DNA of 63,589 nt, filler included, from Lenisia limosa (lineage: Eukaryota > Protista > Breviatea): NCBI GenBank assembly GCA_001655205.1. It is 18 parts of 18 records of this genome, joined end to end, with 100 filler letters (N's around TTAATTAATTAA, not from the genome) between each part and the next. Parts side by side here need not be neighbours in the genome. Positions count along the whole stretch, not along the records: positions 34,438 to 35,553 come from LPNZ01006986.1; positions 35,654 to 38,259 come from LPNZ01002870.1; positions 38,360 to 39,401 come from LPNZ01000922.1; positions 39,502 to 41,358 come from LPNZ01009020.1; positions 41,459 to 44,958 come from LPNZ01006905.1; positions 45,059 to 57,943 come from LPNZ01003733.1; 12 more parts are not named here. One strand, 5' to 3'. How positions within the stretch are numbered: the stretch's first letter is position 1; each line of letters starts with the position of its first letter. Below are positions 34,438-47,578 of this stretch, one piece after another. The translations under genes and the position numbers were made by a program. The notes under the pieces were generated by a model that was given only the letters and a program-made list of their open reading frames with translations, searched no databases and was not told the DNA's origin.

Positions 34438-35387
34438 TCTTTTCTCCGAAACTTCATTTCAACGACATTGACGAGGAGGAATTTGCCCGCCAGCTCACCA
34501 TCTTCGAATTTAGGACGTTTTCCGAAATCCTGCCGTAGGGAGGGGGAGGCTCTTTTTTTTCTGCGTCTTTGATCACTTTCAGCTCTAAGTTTTCCTTCTT
34601 GTTTCTTCGACTCAGTTGATTCCGTCTTATCATCTCTTATTATCAAGGTCTGAGCTTCTGAACCTGAATTGGAGCAAAGCAAAGACGCGCTACAAGTCCC
34701 CCCATGTTCTCGCCTTCATCAGCCAGTTCAACCTTATCTCCAAGTATGTTCTGTGAATACCAAACTTTTGTGATTGCTCCCGTGCTCTACGAACGCTGAG
34801 TGATGGGATGCGGTTGTGCCGAAGCGACTGGCCTGGGCTTTTTTTTTTGTTTCATAGATGTGCAATTTTACCCCCCCCCCCCCCCNNNNNNNNNNNNNNN
34901 NNNNNNNNNNNNNNNNNNNNNNNNNNNNNNNNNNNNNNNNNNNNNNNNNNNNNNNNNNNTTGGTAGTTTCATCTCGCAACTGGTCGTCAATGAGCTTCGT
35001 TTGAAGCACCGTGCTCGTGTCATGAGCAAAATCATTCGCATTATGGAACACGTGGGGGGAGGGGGGTACTAATACAATTTTGATTCTGTTACCCCTTTTG
35101 CAATTACAGAAGCGTCTTTGCTTCTGTTTTGTTTTGGTGTTTTCAAACCCTAATGGTTATCGTTTCGGCAACAGAGTTGATTAGGAGGTTTATTCCATCC
35201 ATCCATTTACCCCCATCCCCCACAGTTACGTCGATTAAACAACTTCAACACCCTGACGGCCGTCCTTTCAGGGCTCAACGCCTCGGCCGTGCACCGGCTG
35301 AAACACACCGTGGAGGCCTGTGGTGAGAAGCTCATCGAGTCCAAGAGCAAGGTCGAGGAAACCGTCAACCCCAAGCAGAGTCATAAG
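34438..35387 (+). CDS. Ras guanine nucleotide exchange factor (CDC25/RasGEF catalytic domain), partial
   Basis: Exons LHFNDIDEEEFARQLTIFEFRTFSEILP; SELLNLNWSKAKTRYKSPHVLAFISQFNLIS; FISQLVVNELRLKHRARVMSKIIRIMEH; LRRLNNFNTLTAVLSGLNASAVHRLKHT match the RasGEF motifs (ARQLT, NNFN..AxxSGL..S.V.RLK.T). Confidence 0.93.
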
Positions 35388-36344
35388 GTTGGCTGAACTG
35401 CGTGGTTTTTGTTTGTTGTTCGTTATTCCTTCCTGCCTTCCTTATTTAATACTATTTTGTGATAGCTTCCCCCGCCCCCTCCCTTACGTTCTGATGGGAT
35501 GCTTAATCAACTGACCTGGGCTTTGTTTGTTTTGTTAACAACCCTTGTGTGTTNNNNNNNNNNNNNNNNNNNNNNNNNNNNNNNNNNNNNNNNNNNNTTA
35601 ATTAATTAANNNNNNNNNNNNNNNNNNNNNNNNNNNNNNNNNNNNNNNNNNNNAAAAAAAAAAAAAAAAAACAAATAAACCAAAATAAAATTTTATGAAA
35701 TAAAACAAATCAAAAAGCCCAAAATCTACTCTGTTGTAAGAATTGGGTGTGTGTGTGACTAGTACTTCCCTACGTTCTCAAAAAAGACCGGATTATATAA
35801 TTCCTCGATAATATCGATTTTCACACGTCTTTTTTGGGGAAGCCCAAGTTGTCAACTATCAGATTTAATTTTGGGCTCCATAAGTTTAAAAATTCCCCCA
35901 TCCCCCATCACTCTTCACTAATCCCATCATCTACAACAGAGTTGATTTTGTGNNNNNNNNNNNNNNNNNNNNNNNNNNNNNNNNNNNNNNNNNNNNNNNN
36001 NNNNNNNNNNNNNNNNNNNNNNNNNNNNNNNNNNNNNNNNNNNNNNNNNNNNNNNNNNNNNNNNNNNNNNNNNNNNNNNNNNNNNNNNNNNNNNNNNNNN
36101 NNNNNNNNNNNNNNNNNNNNNNNNNNNNNNNNNNNNNNNNNNNNNNNNNNNNNNNNAATAAGTGGAAGGAATACAGAAGAGTTGCATTTTAGACAAAAAA
36201 AAGAGAAGTATCGAGCCAAGAAGTGTATCTATCATATCATTTAGTTACAGTATTAGCATAAATACAGGTTAAACATACCTGACCGTTTATATGGCATATC
36301 CTACATATTATATCTAATATTTAATTAGTATATACAGGGTAAAC

Positions 36345-36905
36345 ATACCTGAACGTGTGGCCACGGCCTTGTTGGAAGGAGTTGAGGGCGAGGAAGAGCT
36401 GAAACCCCACAAACACCGCCATGAGGGTGAAGATCACTAGGGGGGGGGGGGTAAAACTGGAAAATTTCTTGAAGCGAAAAAAACCAAACTCTGTTGGCTA
36501 GAGCACTCGAAGGTTGAAAACATAACTAAACAAGCCCTGCAGCAACCCTTGAATATGGTAATATACACAAACATAAACCCAGTTTTGAGCTAGACATGGT
36601 CAAACCCCATTCCTTGGTGTATAACCACCATATCTCGGTTATTTTGCAGTTCCTATTATATACATATGATATAATATATCGATATATCATGTAATATATA
36701 TTATTATTTTTGCCGGTAAAAACCTTACAGCACGGATATTCAAAAAGCACCGATTTTTGGGGACGGGGATATCGATATAATTATATACTACATGTTTATT
36801 ACATGCCCCCCCCCACCACAAATCACGATAACGGTGATGAGTTGGACATGGTTGAGGTCGAAGTAGTCCTCGAGACCCTTCAGCCACGAGCCCACCATCC
36901 TTCGG
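36345..36905 (-). CDS. Exons of a small membrane protein, unknown
   Basis: LRRMVGSWLKGLEDYFDLNHVQLITVI; YITIFKGCCRA spliced across intron 36531-36437 in frame to LIFTLMAVFVGFQLFLALNSFQQGRGHTF (hydrophobic helix). Confidence 0.5.
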
Positions 36906-37739
36906 AGTGTGAGGAGGAAAAAATTGGAAAATGTACGAAACAAGAAGAATTAAAAAAAATATATATACAGTTTTAAGCAAAAAAGTGAGTGATGTGGAAA
37001 ATACTGTTTTTGAATGGTTAGTGAGGGGGGTTTGAAAGCGAAACATTTGTGAAAAAAAGTGTGTGAGGCTGTTTTATTTTGAAACAACAACAATAAAAAA
37101 GGTACAAAATTGGAAAATTTATGAAAGCGCAAATTGGCTACCAACACATGAGGGTGAGAGTAACATACTGCTTTTTGTGAGGGGGAGGAGTGGAAAGAGA
37201 AAATCTATAAAACAAAAACCTCAAACAAAACAGGGAAACAAAAATAAAAATAGTTACGGACCAGTTAAAGGGGAAGGGTGAGTATAAACTGGTGGTAGTA
37301 ATGTCAAATCCCAGCTATTCTAAGCTGAATAATGTTCGTTGGAATATCAAAACATTCATATTACACTGCAGTATACACAGAAATCAAACAGAAAACGGGA
37401 ACGTTTTTTTTTAAAAAAACACATCAAAAACAAAACTTCAATACAGATTATTACAACCACTGTTAATTCATTAATTCATCTCAAGCCGTGCGTTATTCCA
37501 TATTTCCCAAAAAAGAGCCTACTTGTCCACTGGCGGGAATCTAACTAAGACGCTAACGAGGTCGTATCAGTTTGCCCAAAAGGCGTAGGTTTGGACTTGG
37601 GACGTGACGTGTTACTTTGGTAAGTTTGTTATTAATCCTTATAATTGTATATTATTATGTTATATGATGATACACTCATTAATATTGTCGAGAGGGGCTT
37701 TTTTTGTGCCACTTCTTCTTGATAGTTATATAATACCCG

Positions 37740-38000
37740 CCATTATACTCTCTTTGTTGTTCTCCCAGCTCCCAGCCATCTAAGTTGCCATCTAGGCTGG
37801 CTTGCCTCAAGCTCTTTCTCAGCTTAATTGGTTTAGTGGATAAAGTTAACAAGTCAGCTAACTGCAGATAGGACGACTTGGCGAAGAAGCTGTTCAACTT
37901 GCTGAAGATTTTGGCGCAGAGAAGATGAACATGCTCTGAGCTCCTCATAAGACGCAAACATGTTCCCTTCTGGGTCTAAGGTGAGCTGTTGGGGGTGGAG
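37740..38000 (-). CDS. Two probable exons, coiled-coil-like, unknown
   Basis: PEGNMFASYEELRACSSSLRQNLQQVEQLLRQVVLSA, a short GTTAG...AAG intron, then AEKELEASQPRWQLRWLGAGRTTKR. Confidence 0.35.
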
Positions 38001-38359
38001 CAGCATGGGTTGCGTTATTCGATCATAGTGGGTCCCTTCTTTCTTCTCTCTTACACATTCTAACACCCTCTTTATTGCAAATTTCTCTTGTTCATTTATT
38101 TATACCCCGCCTCCCCTCCCACCCATATCATTTGTCTTACTTTGTTTTTCTATTTCCAAATCTCATATTCCGCAAAGCTTTAGCCAACAGAGTTGATTCT
38201 GGACTTACCTCGTGTGCTTAAAACCAGCATATTTGATTTTAGGCTTTTTTTTGCTTTATNNNNNNNNNNNNNNNNNNNNNNNNNNNNNNNNNNNNNNNNN
38301 NNNTTAATTAATTAANNNNNNNNNNNNNNNNNNNNNNNNNNNNNNNNNNNNNNNNNNNN

Positions 38360-39389
38360 GAACATTTAGCATCTGGCGGGACGGGTGAATATTGAGGGTA
38401 GTGAGGGGACATTGTGAGCACTTATCCCGGCTTGGAACTGGATTGTAGTAGTCTGGGGAAGGGGGAGTAAAGAGAGGAACATTTGAGTAGACCTATCCCA
38501 AAATAATAATAGTAATAGTAATAATAAAATAATAATAATGGTAATAATAAAATAATAATAAAATAATAATAATGGTAATAATAATGGTAATAATAATGGT
38601 AATAATAATAATAAACAACACACACACACAAAAAAAGTAACACACTCTCCACCCTCTCCCCAATACTTTCGCTGCAAGGAGTACACGACACTTTCCCGTT
38701 GAATTCTGAGTATTGATAACCTAAATATAGTAAGTGGGTATTGATAAACTTAATTTGGCAAATAACCGTATGCATACGATATGTAAGCAACACACCACCT
38801 CCCCCACCCACCAGGTTGACACACGCAGCGATACTCTGTCGATCCAAGTGGCCAGATTCCCTAGGATGTTAGGCAGAATAGCCTGGTATGTTAGGCAAAA
38901 TAACCTGAAGTTTGTGAGCTTGGCCAAATATTCATTTCCTGTTATGTTAGAGCATAGGCCAAATATTCCTTTTTTGTTTTTTGATAATTTTGTGGCACAC
39001 TTCTCGTTAACCCTAACACTCAAGTTTATTTTGCAAGTTACGGTCTCTTATAGGCAATGTTCGCAGATTACACAAGTTTTTAGATCCAAAACGACCAGTG
39101 CTTCACTTCGGTTCAAGTAAAGACCGAATTTCTCGATAAAACCTCGAAAATCATCAATATTTCACCAGTCTTTTTCGAACCGAAGTGAAGCACTAATAAG
39201 GCCCTCCCCCCTTCCCACCAAAACGCTATTAGCGATTTGGTCCTCGCAAGTCTTCACCACAACGTCATGCTCATTTTCCAACGTAAGGGCCTCGGAATAT
39301 CCCTCCGCTCGCACTCGGAAAGACACCGTATGAACGACATTGGGAATGCCGAAGATTTGAAGGTTGTTGAAGGTTGCCACACCATTCTG
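38360..39389 (-). CDS. Cys-rich surface protein fragment (ephrin-receptor-like / GCC2-GCC3 repeats)
   Basis: NGVATFNNLQIFGIPNVVHTVSFRVRAEGYSEALTLENEHDVVVKTCED; YSEFNGKVSCTPCSE; DYYNPVPSRDKCSQCP. Confidence 0.6.
38500..38612. repeat. (AAT)n-rich intronic microsatellite
   Basis: Imperfect AAT/GGT repeats. Confidence 0.9.
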
Positions 39390-39579
39390 GGGGGGGGGGG
39401 GNNNNNNNNNNNNNNNNNNNNNNNNNNNNNNNNNNNNNNNNNNNNTTAATTAATTAANNNNNNNNNNNNNNNNNNNNNNNNNNNNNNNNNNNNNNNNNNN
39501 NCTATTTGTCGTGGATTTTACCCTCAAGAAATGCGGTTAAAAGATTGGCTCAGATCGCTGTATAGTTTCTCACCTTTCA

Positions 39580-41124
39580 GTCTGAAGACCTGGCGTGTTT
39601 GAGTGGCGCTGGTGTTGCACCTACTAGTGAGGGGAGAGCTGCATTTAAAGTGCCACAGTACAAGAATTCCACTGATGTGGCCCAGAGGGATGCGCATTGC
39701 AATATAATNNNNNNNNNNNNNNNNNNNNNNNNNNNNNNNNNNNNNNNNNNNNNNNNNNNNNNNNNNNNNNNNNNNNNNNNNNNNNNNNNNNNNNNNNNNN
39801 NNNNNNNNNNNNNNNNNNNNNNNNNNNNNNNNNNNNNNNNNCTGTACTCCTGAATTTCAACATTCGAATGTGACTGTCACATACAATGTCCCTGTTGGCG
39901 CTATACACAAAATTGACCTTTACAAGTAAGAGGTTTTGTATGCCCCTATAGACAGTGACATGCATTCTGATAGTGTTCTTCTTTCAGATGGCATTGGAGT
40001 GATGGGATGCGGTGCTTAGAAGCGACTGGCTTGGGCTTTGTTTGTTTTGTTGTGATCAACCCTTGTGTAGTCAACCAACAGAGTTGATTTTGGACTTTTT
40101 TGTTTCATGTGGGTCATAAATTTTTCAATTTTACTCCTCCCCCCCCCCCCCCNNNNNNNNNNNNNNNNNNNNNNNNNNNNNNNNNNNNNNNNNNNNNNNN
40201 NNNNNNNNNNNNNNNNNNNNNNNNNNNNNNNNNNNNNNNNNNNNNNGGGCTGCCTCTTCTTCAGGAGGCTCAGTATAACTCCCTCTGGAAGCCGCCTTGC
40301 CCTCCTGGTGGGTTCAAGTTGTTTGTATTTCAAGGGAACCTTTCATGGTTGCATTTTGTTAACTCAGACAATTAGTAGAATGCTCTTCTTGAGATTCATG
40401 CTGTACTCTGACTTTTAGGGTTCTATTTGGAGTCTCAAACCGGGCCATGCACCGCATGCCCAGGCGGGCATTACAGTAACACCGTGGGGGGGGGGGGGTC
40501 NNNNNNNNNNNNNNNNNNNNNNNNNNNNNNNNNNNNNNNNNNNNNNNNNNNNNNNNNNNNNNNNNNNNNNNNNNNNNNNNNNNTGTGGACGTTTTCTACG
40601 CGAAAATGCTTTTTTTTAAAAAAAATTGCACTTACTCCCCACCTAGACTGACTCAACCTCATGTGACGAGTGTGGTACAGGAACCTTTGCGGCCGAGGAC
40701 CCCCTGGGTATCACCGGGTGCGAGGACTGTCCCGACGGGCTGTCGTCCTTCGGAACCGGCGCCGTATCTTGCTCGGTATGCCGGCGCATTTCAATACTCT
40801 GTTTCACGTGTAATAATACGATTTGTCGTGGATTGCCTTACTCCTTCAGAGCTGCCCCCCTGGCCAGGCTGGAGAACCCTGTGTGCCGTGTTTGGAGGGA
40901 CAGTTCAAGTACCCTGCCGAAGTCCCATCGGTTTGTGCCACATTTTGCTCCTTGTTTGTTTCAAACCCTGTGAACTGCTGAGCCCCTTGCCCCTCTTTTG
41001 ACGCATTCAGGTGTCTTGCGACCTCTGTCAGGCCGGAACTGCCAACAACCTCCAGGGCCAAATCGAGTGTCCTGATTGTCTCATCGGAACCTACACCGAC
41101 ACTACCGAGAAGCACACTTGTGAT
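39580..41124 (+). CDS. Cys-rich surface protein (ephrin-receptor-like / GCC2-GCC3 repeats), partial
   Basis: GFYLESQTGPCTACPGGHYSNT; DSTSCDECGTGTFAAEDPLGITGCEDCPDGLSSFGTGAVSCS; SCPPGQAGEPCVPCLEGQFKYP; VSCDLCQAGTANNLQGQIECPDCLIGTYTDTTEKHTCD, i.e. repeated CxxCxxGx(Y/F). Confidence 0.8.
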
Positions 41125-41154
41125 GTAGGCAAGGCTGCTGGGTAAAAATATAAT

Positions 41155-41254
41155 CAGTGCTTCACTTCGGTTCGAAAGAAGACTGAATTTCTCGATAAAT
41201 CTTCGAAAATTATCGATACTTTACCTATTTTTTTCGAACCGAAGTGAAGTCATA
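41155..41254. mobile_element. hAT-like MITE (family A), 100 bp
   Basis: CAGTGCTTCACTTCGGTTCGAAAG...TTTCGAACCGAAGTGAAGTCATA; flanks AATATAAT / AATATAAC (7/8). Confidence 0.8.
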
Positions 41255-41719
41255 AATATAACCATAAATATAACCCTGAAGCTTCCTCGATTAGTGGGCA
41301 GCTTCTACCTCCAAGAAATTGGCTCAAAATGCGGCAATAAGCAATTGACCCAATAGAGNNNNNNNNNNNNNNNNNNNNNNNNNNNNNNNNNNNNNNNNNN
41401 NNTTAATTAATTAANNNNNNNNNNNNNNNNNNNNNNNNNNNNNNNNNNNNNNNNNNNNGGAGGACACAGTGCTTATTGAACATATGAGGGAGGTCGCAGC
41501 GACACAAGCAGCTAAAAATAGCCCTAAACCGGAGAAGGACGCAAATGAAGAAACAACTGGAAAGGACAGCTCTACTGTAGGCTGGAGTTGGGATGCGGTG
41601 CAGAAGTGACTAACATGGACTTTGTTTCGTGAAACCGGGGAGGTACATACAAAACATCTCAAAAAGCAGTAGTACACCAAAATTGAATATCATCTGCATT
41701 ATCTCGTCATCAATACAAA

Positions 41720-41962
41720 TATCATCATCATCATATTATCATCACCAACATCATCATCATCATTATCATCACCAACATCATCATCATCATTATCATCACC
41801 AACATCATCATTATCATCACCAACATCATCATCATCATTATCATCACCAACATCACCAACATCATCATTATCATCACCAACATCATCATTATCACCAACA
41901 TCATTATCATCACCAACATCATCATTATCATCATCATCATCAACAACAACATCATTACTAAC
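41720..41962. repeat. Compound (CAT/CAC/CAA/TAT) microsatellite
   Basis: Imperfect units such as CATCATCATCATTATCATCACCAA. Confidence 0.9.
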
Positions 41963-44900
41963 ATGATCAAACAGCAACAACAAGATCACCATCTGACCCT
42001 CCCCCCCCCCNNNNNNNNNNNNNNNNNNNNNNNNNNNNNNNNNNNNNNNNNNNNNNNNNNNNNNNNNNNNNNNNNNNNNNNNNNNNNNNNNNNNNNNNCG
42101 GAGCCTGTTATCGGTATCACCGAAGACGCGTTAGAGAGCCTTGTTTGCCCGGATCGCAGTAGATACGTTCCTGTTTCTGTCAAAATCGAGGATGGGAATA
42201 AGGTGGGGAGCTGTGCGCCTTTTGCAATTCGTAAAGGCTGGAGAGGGTGGGGGGGTACTGTGGAGAAGGATTAACCTTTTAAACCTTTTCCCCTTTCAAC
42301 CTCCTTTCAATCTTTGGATTTATATATACATACATGTATGTATATCATGTATATAATGTATATCATATACTGAAAAATAATAAACAACCGAAAGCATAGT
42401 GGGAATAATCACACTTACCTCAAAATTGAGTTTTTTGATCCTTTTTCTCACCTGCTCCACTCCATTTAGCTCTGATGGAAATTTGAGTTCACATTAAAAA
42501 GTTTATAATGACAGTTTTGACAATAACATTAGAAGAGCCCCTGGTGTAATCACCACAACGTCACCCACTTACTTCTCAGTAGCATACTACTAGAGCGGTT
42601 ATTTTAACAAATATACATAAAACGGTCAATTACCTACCTGCTCTCCGCATCACTAACAGGCCTTACACTCTTGGCACCTTATTGTAAATTGCTGCATCCC
42701 TAAAAAGAGGTGAAAAACAAACAAAAAAAAATGTAACTGTACCATTACAACCCCAAAAGGCGACACCGTCGTCCATTTCAGCGGAATTTGGGTACACTGA
42801 CTTGGTGTAAAAAACGCCTTTAAAATAAAACAGATACAGTGGCAGTTAGCTTGGATGGTTTACAGTCTTGTCGGGGAATTCGGGGTGGTGTGTGGAAGTT
42901 GGTGCAAGATCCTCTGTGTATTCTACGTCGTTTACAGGTATCCTCCTACAACGAAACAAACCATCACTGCCACCTTCACTCTCTTTGTTGCTTTTGAAAA
43001 TGGAGGGGATCAGACTCTTAACCATCCCCCGGAAAAGACGTCCTTTTCTTGGGTTGTAGCCTGAAGAGGGTCAAATATGAAATCTTTGCTAAAAAGGAGA
43101 GGTTCCTTCTACTTTTATTTTGCCAGAAATGGCATCTCGCCACAGGCGAACACCATTGCGACAGGGGTGTGTGGATGGGTAGTGATTGGCATTACAGCAT
43201 TAAAGGTGGGGACTTCGGGGAGGACACTGCCTGCGGTGAACAGCTCTAACGCGACCGCGACATGATGGCATCTTTGGCCTGTACGGATCAAACAAAACTG
43301 TTGAACTGCGGATGGATAAATAAAAGAGGACATCCATCCACAACTCGGCCGTGTAGAAGTACATCCTCGTCGGAGAAGACGCCCTGTGAATTAGGTGGTT
43401 ACAAAGTATCATAATTCAATAAAAGTTTATCATGCACAAGTACCCGGGAAGCAATGCCTCAAAAATAAAATACGAGCGATCTCAGCAGGTTGACGCCCTC
43501 GGCACGCGAAACTGTTGGGTTGTATCGTCATGAGATCATACATCTGGGTTGTGTTATACTGTCTTTATTTGATCTTTTCAATCTCTGATTTTTTCCATTT
43601 TTGATCTTTTTTCTTTTTTAAATGATAGTTTTCCCAGTTGATCATTTAGATCACCTGTTTTGATATTTTGATCGTTTAGATCATCTGCGTTTCCGACCCC
43701 TTCACGGTTCCGACGTTCACGGGACGGCGAGTGGCAGAAATGGTCACAGCGGCGGGGTGCTTAGATAAAGTAGGCTGCTTGTTTGAGATCAAGATGTATA
43801 TTAAATATAATCTAGTTTTACGGACAAAGTGAATAGATATAGCCCCATTTAATCATTTAGATAAAATAACCCCCCATGATTTCATTTTATTAGACCCATG
43901 GACGATCTAACGTCCACAGATCCTTAGATCAATACATCACTATCCATTTTCTTTTTATCTACCTTTAATTTATTTACCCCCCATGAAATAATTTTATTAG
44001 ATCCATGGACGATCTAAAGCCCAAAGAACTACAGACGTCACCATCCTGCCACCCGACGTCCCAAAATCACAGAAATCATCTTCAACTGCCCCTTCACAAG
44101 GTACACATTCGATTAAATGGCATGAAAACATGATTTATTTTTTAAAAAAGAATTGACCGATTTGATATGATTACCCAAGGAAAATCGGTCAAGACTTATC
44201 CCGGTCAGTTGTTTTATCTGAACTTGTCCTTGACCTACCCTACCTCACCAAAAAACAGCTTATCATATATGATATAGGCAATGAGAAAAAAANNNNNNNN
44301 NNNNNNNNNNNNNNNNNNNNNNNNNNNNNNNNNNNNNNNNNNNNNNNNNNNNNNNNNNNNNNNNNNNNNNNNNNNNNNNNNNNNNNNNNNNNNNNNNNNN
44401 NNNNNNNNNNNNNNNNNNNNNNNNNNNNNNNNNNNGAGAAATATCGATTTTTTACCAGTCTTTTTCGGACCTTAGAGAACCATCAATTATATATTGACCG
44501 TGATAAGCCTTGACATGGATATTGGGCTTTAACTTTAGTCAATCGTGTCAGGACTTATCGCAGTCACTGTGTATTTCAACTGAATTGCGCAGGTTCATTC
44601 ATGCCTTCCAATCCAATGCTATATATGGATGTGTTCCTGTGAAATTATGTCAATAAATTTCTTCCAAAGAAATATATAATTAATCTGGGTAATACTAAAA
44701 ATAAGTCATATCTAGGGCTTCCCTATGGTCCGAAAAAGATCGTTAAAATATCGATATATATCAAGAATTTATCGGGAAATTCAGTCTTTTTGGGACCGTA
44801 GGGAAGCGCTATATATGACGGACTGAAGGGACTCCCTAGTCGTAACATATAAACATTAAACATATGACCTTTTCATCCATTTCCAGAATCAGACACACCC

Positions 44901-46997
44901 GACCAAACCCAGCAATCTTCGGTGAAATCAGGGTCCCCAGAAAAAATCTCGCGCATACNNNNNNNNNNNNNNNNNNNNNNNNNNNNNNNNNNNNNNNNNN
45001 NNTTAATTAATTAANNNNNNNNNNNNNNNNNNNNNNNNNNNNNNNNNNNNNNNNNNNNCCCGAGGCAGTTGTGGTCATCATGGCAAACACGAAGCCATAC
45101 GCCTCGGTCCGCGCAGACGTCTTTGTGATGTAGTCGTTGATCTGCTGCAGCGCCACTTCCGTCGGCGTTATCACCGGTCTAAGTGTGTTACTATACTATA
45201 ATACTATAAAATGTGGAATAGATATAAGTAGAGCTCTCTTTGGTCCAAAAAGACCGGTAAAATATCGATATCTTTCGAATATTTATCGAAAAATTCAGTC
45301 TTTTTTTGGGACCATAGGGAAGCCCTAGTTACTATACTATATACTATATGATATAATATATTTGGTGTATATCGATATATATATATATATATAATAGCTT
45401 TTTTGTTCTTGCATAGAAACCATCCAGAGAGACGAGGGAGATGAGAAATAAAACAAGGTTGATAAATACGGTCTGGCGATGTCTAATAGGGCTTCCTTTC
45501 CCAAAAGGATTAGATTTCCCGATAAGTCCTCGATAAATTTCGACATTTTACCGGTCTTTTTCGGACCGTAGGGAAGCCCTAGTTACGACCATCATAGAAT
45601 AACAAATGTCATATTTCCCCAGCCTTTCTATTTGATTGTGTTACTAACCAAAACCGCTTTACAGCAAAGCGATGAAAGTGGGACATGAGATTTTGAAAAT
45701 AAAGTTGTCATTTTTGTTAACAAGGGAGGTCATTTTTGTTAACTATTAAAAAAGTTTCACCCCTGATCAGCTGTAAAGTTTCTAAGTAATGATCTGGCGG
45801 TTAGATAAAGCCATTTGTGAGCTTTTGCAACTGTTCATTATTGTGTCTGAGTTATCTCAACAGACTATTTGCTCAAAAGCACAACAGTGACTGGGGTAAG
45901 TCTTGACCGACTTGCTATGAACGGTCACTCTATAATGTTTACTTAGTATATGTAGATGTTTGCATCTTTCAACCAGTATTGCTGTGAATGGTGGTATTCC
46001 CCCCATCATCGCTAATCTGATAGGTGTCTTTGTAAACCAAAATTTAGTGTACAAAAATATTCGATTGTAAATATTGAAAAAAACAAAAACATATAAAGAA
46101 TTCAGTCTTATGTCACATGAAAACTATCCATATTTCTCGCGCAATCAACGTTAAAAAGAGCCCCGCTCAACACTCATACCGTAACTCAGGCTTTTTTGTC
46201 CTCATACCCCCCCCCCCNNNNNNNNNNNNNNNNNNNNNNNNNNNNNNNNNNNNNNNNNNNNNNNNNNNNNNNNNNNNNNNNNNNNNNNNNNNNNNNNNNN
46301 NNNNNNNNNNNNNNNNNNNNNNNNNNNGACGCGGTCGGCAGGCTCGATAACTGCCCTGTTGCTGTCTCGCCTCGTTTGAGTACCATTCTGCTTCGATTCT
46401 GCTTCGGGTTAAGCAGGTGAATGCCAGAAAATTCCATGGGGTTTTGACGGATTTTGGGAGTATAAACCTACCGTAGGGAAGGTGATGACAAGGCAATGGC
46501 AAGGTCAGCGATCAGTGGAATCTTCTGTGAATTTCGGGGGTAATGCGGTGAGATATGAAGCAATGGTATCAAAAGGTATAACTTTTCTTTATAACGTCTT
46601 ATAGCGTCTTAAACCGCGATAAGGCTTGACAGCAAGGGATCACGGGAATAAAGAGTAAATTCGATAAAAAACTATCGAAGTATATATCGGCATTTACAAT
46701 TTTCTGCAAGCCAAGCTACTACAAGCTACAAAGAAAGAAGAAAAACAAAAGAAGAAGAAGAGAGGAAGAAAAAAGGGCAAGGGGCAAGAAGGCAGAAAGA
46801 GAACAGGGGCGCAGCAGTGTACAAAGGTTTGCTTCCGATATCATCATATCATATATTTAGTCTGTTGGTTGTTGGTTCATCAGGTCACGCATACTCATTT
46901 CTTATTTAGTTATACCGCTTATACTCTTATACTTTGTGTTGAGTCTGTCAGTATTCATTTTGATTTATTGGGACCTACTGTTTCCTCCCGCACCATT

Positions 46998-47149
46998 CAA
47001 CTACGACGCATCGACTTAGGATTCTTGTGAAAACGTTGGAATTCCCATATTTTACATGGGAATCCCATGGAATTTTATAGAAATTTGAAGAAATTTATGG
47101 GATTCCCAAATAATAGTATACGGGAATCCCAAGTCGATGTGCCGTAGTG
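46998..47149. mobile_element. Family G MITE, CACTA-like termini (second copy 49781-49913 in opposite orientation)
   Basis: CAACTACGACGCATCGACTTAGGATTC...GAATCCCAAGTCGATGTGCCGTAGTG; the interior matches the reverse complement of 49781-49913. No TSD resolved. Confidence 0.6.
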
Positions 47150-47578
47150 TTACCAATTACATTCACATGCGCATTCGTATATTATATATAATATCTACAA
47201 CTCGGCCAGTTCCACAAATCAGGATAGTTGACACTGTAGCTCTTTGTACTCTACGGATTCATGGAAGATTGGTCTCAACAAAAACAGGTTAGTTGATCTT
47301 TTGGTTCTTTTGATTCAGTTTTACTTCTCGAATCTAATTATTATTATTAGCATTCAATACTCTTATAAACGTGATGATCTGAATGGCTGTCTTGTGAAAA
47401 AACTTGTTTCCACCTCCATCCTATCAATGTACAAAAGATTCTCTCATCCCTCTTTCAACTTTTAAATATTTTTATATTATATATTTATCTTTTATTGTCC
47501 AAAAAAAAAAAACTTGTTGGTATTCTTCACTCAAAGTTATGATTAACAAATTCCATCTTATTATTCCCCAAACCACCA

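Noticed and set aside
41629-41992. His/Gln-rich, Asp-rich and Met-rich ORFs
   Set aside because: All are translations of one trinucleotide microsatellite lying between exon-like segments.
42520-42575. GDVVVITPGALLMLL resembling DEAD-box helicase motif Ib
   Set aside because: Isolated short match; no Walker A, DExD/H or other helicase motifs could be spliced to it nearby.
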